Below, one piece after another: positions 7,871 to 11,983 of a DNA stretch of 11,983 bases. A model generated the notes under the pieces. It did not search any database and was not told where the DNA came from. It worked only from the letters and a program-made list of their open reading frames with translations. Location of the stretch: NCBI RefSeq assembly GCF_006345805.1, contig NW_021826689.1, positions 1 through 11,983 of the forward strand, given 5' to 3'. The position numbers and the translations under genes are program-made. This stretch comes from Octopus sinensis (lineage: Eukaryota). Position 1 is the first letter of the stretch. The number at the start of each line of letters is the position of its first letter.

Positions 7871-7952
7871 GAGTACCAGTTGAACACTGGATCGATGAGA
7901 TTGACATATCCCCTCCCCCAAAATGGCAGCCCTTGCAGCAAAATTTGAAACC
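7871..7952 (+). mobile_element. Diverged family-A SINE 3' fragment fused to the family-D copy
   Basis: gagtaccagttgaacactggatcgatgagattgacatatcccctccccc...aaaatttgaaacc matches 10688-10768. Confidence 0.8.
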
Positions 7953-8113
7953 GTCAATAATATTAATACGCCAATTTTTATTTACGTACCTGACGCGTGT
8001 GTCACGCTTCAGCGAAAGAAATATTGTTGCTTAAATAAAAAATTTTAACTCTCCCTTATAATTTCTGGAAGAGATTTGAGATCACCACCTTTGTGTTGTA
8101 TTACTACTTCTCA

Positions 8114-8310
8114 ACACACACACACACCACACACACACACACCACACACACACACAGACATTATGAGTTCCTTTCAGCTTCAGCTTACCAAAAACCATTC
8201 ACAAAATTTTGGTCGTCTTGACCCGAGGCTATAGAAGAAGACACTTGTCCAAAGTGCACCGCATTGGAAGTGAACCCGGCTCCACGTGGTCGGGAACCAA
8301 GCATCTTATA
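8114..8310 (-). mobile_element. Partial family-B SINE (8165-8310) with its internal (CA)n tract (8114-8160)
   Basis: acccgaggctatagaagaagacacttgtccaaagtgc...tgaacccgg aligns with 9685-9745. Confidence 0.8.
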
Positions 8311-8839
8311 GGAACTGCTGTAAAAAGAGATGAGGAGGGGTGTATGTGCGTGAATGTATGCTGCACCTGTGTTTCTATGCGTGTGTATAAATGTATATGT
8401 AGATTACACTCAGCGCACTAATTCCTAGCAAACCCCGCCAATAACAGTCGCCGCTACCACCACCACCACCACCACCAAAATTCACCCTCATTCTCTGATG
8501 TTATCAAACCCATATCATATTCCACCCTCCTTTTCTCTCTCTCCTCCTCTCTCTTTTTCCATCTCTGCCTGTCTCCTTCTCTACTACACTCTTAAGACAG
8601 ATACATTGTCCTTAAATCCCCTTTATTGCACTTGTAGAATTTTAGAATACATATTAAAAGCAGAGTTACCCTACACATGGGCCTTCAATTCCTTCAATGC
8701 CATTCTTGTAGTGTGAAGAAAAAAATTTTCTGATCTGTATCATGCATGTCATAGAAGTAATCTCCTACACGGCGTACTCTGAAGCATTCAAAACCAGAGA
8801 ACCTTTATTCTGTGAACTAGTTCAAGACATCTTATAACG

Positions 8840-8879
8840 TGTGTTGTGTGTGTATGTGTGTGTATGTGTGTGTGTGTGT

Positions 8880-8910
<31 letters not shown>
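8840..8910. repeat. (TG)n microsatellite
   Basis: Direct reading. Confidence 0.95.
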
Positions 8911-8912
<2 letters not shown>

Positions 8913-9192
8913 AATAGCTAACAATACAATAGATGGATTCTAACGTTTCCTAGTTTGACAAGATCAGGCAGCTGTTGTGATCATGTCGAGATATAGTATA
9001 CCAAATATGAGCATATATATATATAGATATATATATTGTGTGGGGGGTGCATATATTTGTGTATTATATATATATATAATATTTTTTATCGCTAGAAGTT
9101 TACAAAGTGATGCAAGGGCTGAGGGTTGCACTGTAACGCTTGCCGATAAAGAATAGGATTACAATAGTAGAGTGTACGTGTAAATTTGTAGA

Positions 9193-9253
9193 CACACGCA
9201 AACACACACACACACACATACATACACACACACACACACACATACACACTCAC
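9193..9253. repeat. (CA)n microsatellite
   Basis: Direct reading. Confidence 0.95.
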
Positions 9254-9371
9254 AAAAGGACAAAATAAACTAGCAAAAAAATTTGTCTTCTCACTTTGGG
9301 GCTGTCTGAACATTTAATGTGCTTTTAGAGTTAAGTTTTGGCTGCTATTTCTCAACAAAACCAACATCCTC

Positions 9372-9791
9372 TACTCTTTTACACATTTACTTGTTTCAGT
9401 CATTTGACTGTGGCCATGCTGGAGCACCGCCTTTAGTCGAGCAAATCGACCCCAGGACTTATTCTTTGTAAGCCTAGTACTTATTCTATCGGTCTCTTTT
9501 GCCGAACCGCTAAGGTACGGGGACGTAAACACACCATCATCTATTGTCTAGCGATGCTGGAGGGGGGGGACAAACACAGACACACTAACATATACACACA
9601 CATACATACATATATACACACATATATACGACAGGCTTCTTTCAGTTTCCGTCTACCAAATCCACTCACAAGGCATTTGGTCGGCCAGAGGTTATAGTAG
9701 AAGACACTTGCCCAAGGTGCCACGCAGTGGGACTGAACCTGGAACCATGTGGCTGGTAAGCAAGCTACTAACCACACAGCCACTCCTGCGC
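9372..9791 (-). mobile_element. Full-length family-B tRNA-derived CORE-like SINE with an internal microsatellite (octopus OR/OK-type; exact family name uncertain)
   Basis: Minus strand: A box tggctgtgtgg (9772-9782), B box ggttcagtccc (9729-9739), CORE-like gcaccttgggcaagtgtcttc (9700-9720), internal CA/TA tract about 9572-9628, and a 3' domain ending in a short A/G-rich tail. Confidence 0.88.
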
Positions 9792-9870
9792 AAACAAAAA
9801 ACCTCTTCTTCATTCACCTCACCTAATTTAAACGATGCCAGTCACTGAGAGGTTTTTTTTTTCATTTTTG

Positions 9871-9871
<1 letters not shown>

Positions 9872-9898
<27 letters not shown>
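9872..9898. repeat. (TA)n microsatellite
   Basis: Direct reading. Confidence 0.95.
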
Positions 9899-9901
<3 letters not shown>

Positions 9902-10198
9902 GGAAAGGCAACTGCATTTAACAATGTATTAATGATAAGATTTTTCGTTAAGCAAGAACTGTCTGAGACTCTGCAGCTGTCTGGCCAGATTTTTGCTAAT
10001 CTCTGCCAGAGCTTTCTTTTTATTTCCGTTTAAGATTCTTCACTCCAGACATCCAATCAAATAATGAAGATTGCGTCTAAGAAAAATGTTGGAAGGAAAA
10101 TATTACTCGGTGCAAACTAAATACTGAACGCTAAGATATATCAATAATAAAGACCAGGTTTAGATAATAAGATGACGATACTGACTATAGAACACGAC

Positions 10199-10200
<2 letters not shown>

Positions 10201-10244
<44 letters not shown>
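10201..10244. repeat. (TA)n microsatellite
   Basis: Direct reading. Confidence 0.95.
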
Positions 10245-10247
<3 letters not shown>

Positions 10248-10314
10248 ACAACAAAAGTAGTACTAGAGATCATTGTAAGCAGAAGCAGCAAATTCATGGT
10301 TTGATAATGATAAT

Positions 10315-10486
10315 AATATTCCTTTCTACTATAGGCCCCAGTGTTCAACTGGTCCTTAATTTATCGACCCTGAAAGGATGAAAGGTAAAGTAGACCCCGG
10401 CGGAATTTGAACTCAGAACGTAGCGACGGGCGAAATACAGCCAAGCATTTTGTTCAGCGTGCCAACGACTCTGCTAGCTCGCCGCC
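10315..10486 (-). mobile_element. Family-A SINE with intact 5' end and an internal deletion near the 3' end
   Basis: Minus-strand 5' end ggcggcgagctagcagagtcgttggcacg; B-box-like motif at 10402-10414. Tail ctttctactataggc is joined directly to cccagtg, so the gtcgat-N4-tcgac hairpin segment is missing. Confidence 0.88.
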
Positions 10487-10494
10487 CTAGCTTG

Positions 10495-10592
10495 AATAAT
10501 AATAATAACAACAACAACAACAACAACAACAACAGCAACAACTATCCTTTCTGCACAGATCTGATATTTTGGGGGAGGGGACTTCTCAGTTA
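10495..10592 (-). mobile_element. (AAT)n(AAC)n tail plus degenerate family-A 3' fragment
   Basis: tcctttct..gcacaga..tgatattttgggggaggggac resembles 865-908. Microsatellite at 10495-10542. Confidence 0.6.
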
Positions 10593-10605
10593 CACTGTTC
10601 GCGTG

Positions 10606-10773
10606 ATTTTCGTCGGTCTTTACGTTCAGAGTTCAAATTCCGCCGAGGTCGACTTTACCTTTCATCCTTTCCGGGTCGGTAAAATAAGTACCAGTTGAGT
10701 ACTGGGGTGATGTAATCGACTTATCCCCTCCCTCAAAATTGCTGGCCTTGTGCCAAAATTTGAAATCAATATT
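10606..10773 (+). mobile_element. Family-A SINE lacking the A box (5' truncated)
   Basis: atttt-cgtcggtctttacgttcagagttcaaattccgccgaggtcgac through ggccttgtgccaaaatttgaaatcaatatt. Confidence 0.9.
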
Positions 10774-11884
10774 ACTGTTGCTTATTTTATATTATCTTTG
10801 TATGGCCAAATCAAATTTTTTTCTTGTGTTAATAAGAGGAACTCAATGACCCCGCTCTCTTATTTCTAGTTCTGGTAAACGTTAGTAAAAACTATAACCA
10901 TGCTTTACAAATAGGGTCCGCTTAGACAGAAGCATGTTGGGATTTGCCATCATGCTTACCAAAAATCTGGTATAATTAATATTGGTCCCTGCGTTTATAT
11001 TTTTGTTTCCTCATTGCATGCGTAATTCCTATTTTGGTTAATTAAAATTTCGGAGCTATCACCTTTTTGCATTGACCATATTTCTGTAAATATCTTTAAT
11101 ATCATTATTAGTCATCGAACCTATGTTTTCCTCTTCTCTCGGTGTAGCAGTAATTTTAATTAATTAAAAATGAGTTGCTCATTACTTTAAGTACCTTGGC
11201 ACACACTTAACTATATGACATAAAGCAAGACGCCCAATAAAATTCCGGCCGTTCGTCTCTAAATAAATTATTAACGATATAAATAATTTAGTAGGCTGTT
11301 ATTGCATTTCGAACAAGGTCTTTTATTTTAAGGGAGAGAAATGAAAATTTGTCATACCCCCACCTTCTCCACAATGATTTCTCCATGACATTAACAATTT
11401 AAGTGAAATGAAATGGTTCCCAAACAATAACAAATTGAGTCGCGGATTCCATTCGCGACATTTATTCGAATTGAGGTATGCCTTAGAAAACGATATATCG
11501 ATCGAGACAACGAGAGACCCCCTACGTGGTCATTCATCTCGCTTCTATAGCAATCCTCCTTTTTCTAAGAAGAGGAAAGATACATTGCATAATATAGTAT
11601 TGAATATACAGAAAATGCAAAAAAACAACAACAATACAAAACAAAAAAAAAAAGCATTGATTTGTAACGGTTGGAATGCTTTGATCTGCTGAAACAAAGG
11701 GCGATCTGGGTTCATACAACATCGACCTCGAAAACAACAGTCATAATAGATACCGATTTTGCTCATCATCAAGCCCGGCATCATTACCCTATAACAGTGG
11801 AATAATATCTGTATATTACATGTGCTGGTGGTGGTGGTGTGTGTGTGTTGGCAGGGTTTGGTGGCGGCGGTGGTAGGTTTTTAA

Positions 11885-11983
11885 CTTCTGATGGGAGTTG
11901 TAGGAACGTCGTGACATACAGCGTACTGTGACATGCGGCGCAGCGCAGCTAATCCCTCTCCAGGTCTGAACATAAAACGATTT
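11885..11983. promoter_or_regulatory. Candidate promoter-proximal element with ZNF143/Staf-like motif in CpG-rich unique sequence
   Basis: tgggagttgtag at 11892-11903 is the reverse complement of CTACAACTCCCA. There are 7 CpG in the last ~100 bp, and gtgacat occurs twice. Confidence 0.35.

Noticed and set aside
8625-8636. tattgcacttgt matching the miR-92 5' end
   Set aside because: The match ends after 12 nt and there is no hairpin partner.
8951-8993. Hairpin ttgacaagatca...tgatcatgtcga
   Set aside because: About 15 bp with mismatches and does not extend to pre-miRNA length.
11154-11185. 16-bp palindrome ttttaattaattaaaa and adjacent aatgag/ctcatt stem
   Set aside because: Pure A/T, low-complexity palindromes are common at this base composition.
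30-11784. All ORFs in the supplied six-frame track
   Set aside because: They are translations of microsatellites (poly-N, poly-I, VC/YI/HT/LS repeats) or SINE and element-D bodies, or short ORFs with no recognisable domain. Several start at non-ATG codons.
11948-11965. 3' splice site ctaat-ccctctccAG
   Set aside because: The putative branch point is only about 10 nt from the AG, and the downstream exon cannot be assessed at the window edge.

Overview
Non-coding, AT-rich eukaryotic DNA made largely of short retroposons and microsatellites. I find no supportable protein-coding gene, intact tRNA, rRNA or CRISPR array. The supplied ORFs are translations of simple repeats or SINEs, or short ORFs with no recognisable family. 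The repeat families resemble the tRNA-derived SINEs I know from Octopus genomes, so the window is probably octopus (coleoid) intron or intergenic DNA; this is from recognition, not a database search. I use my own labels for the families. Family A is a tRNA-headed SINE with several copies, including a dimer nested antisense inside an older copy. Family B is a CORE-like SINE with an internal microsatellite (one full copy, two partial). Family C is a SINE with a 16-bp TSD. Family D is a ~545-bp head-less element sitting in (ATT)n. Other elements are a hAT-like MITE end and a 180-bp foldback palindrome at the left edge. The leads most worth a second look are the (TAA)n-associated element D, the nested and inverted SINE pairs (potential long dsRNA), a degenerate Penelope-type hammerhead-like motif, and a promoter-like CpG-rich right end with a ZNF143/Staf-type motif. 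I see no evidence of a new protein-coding system.
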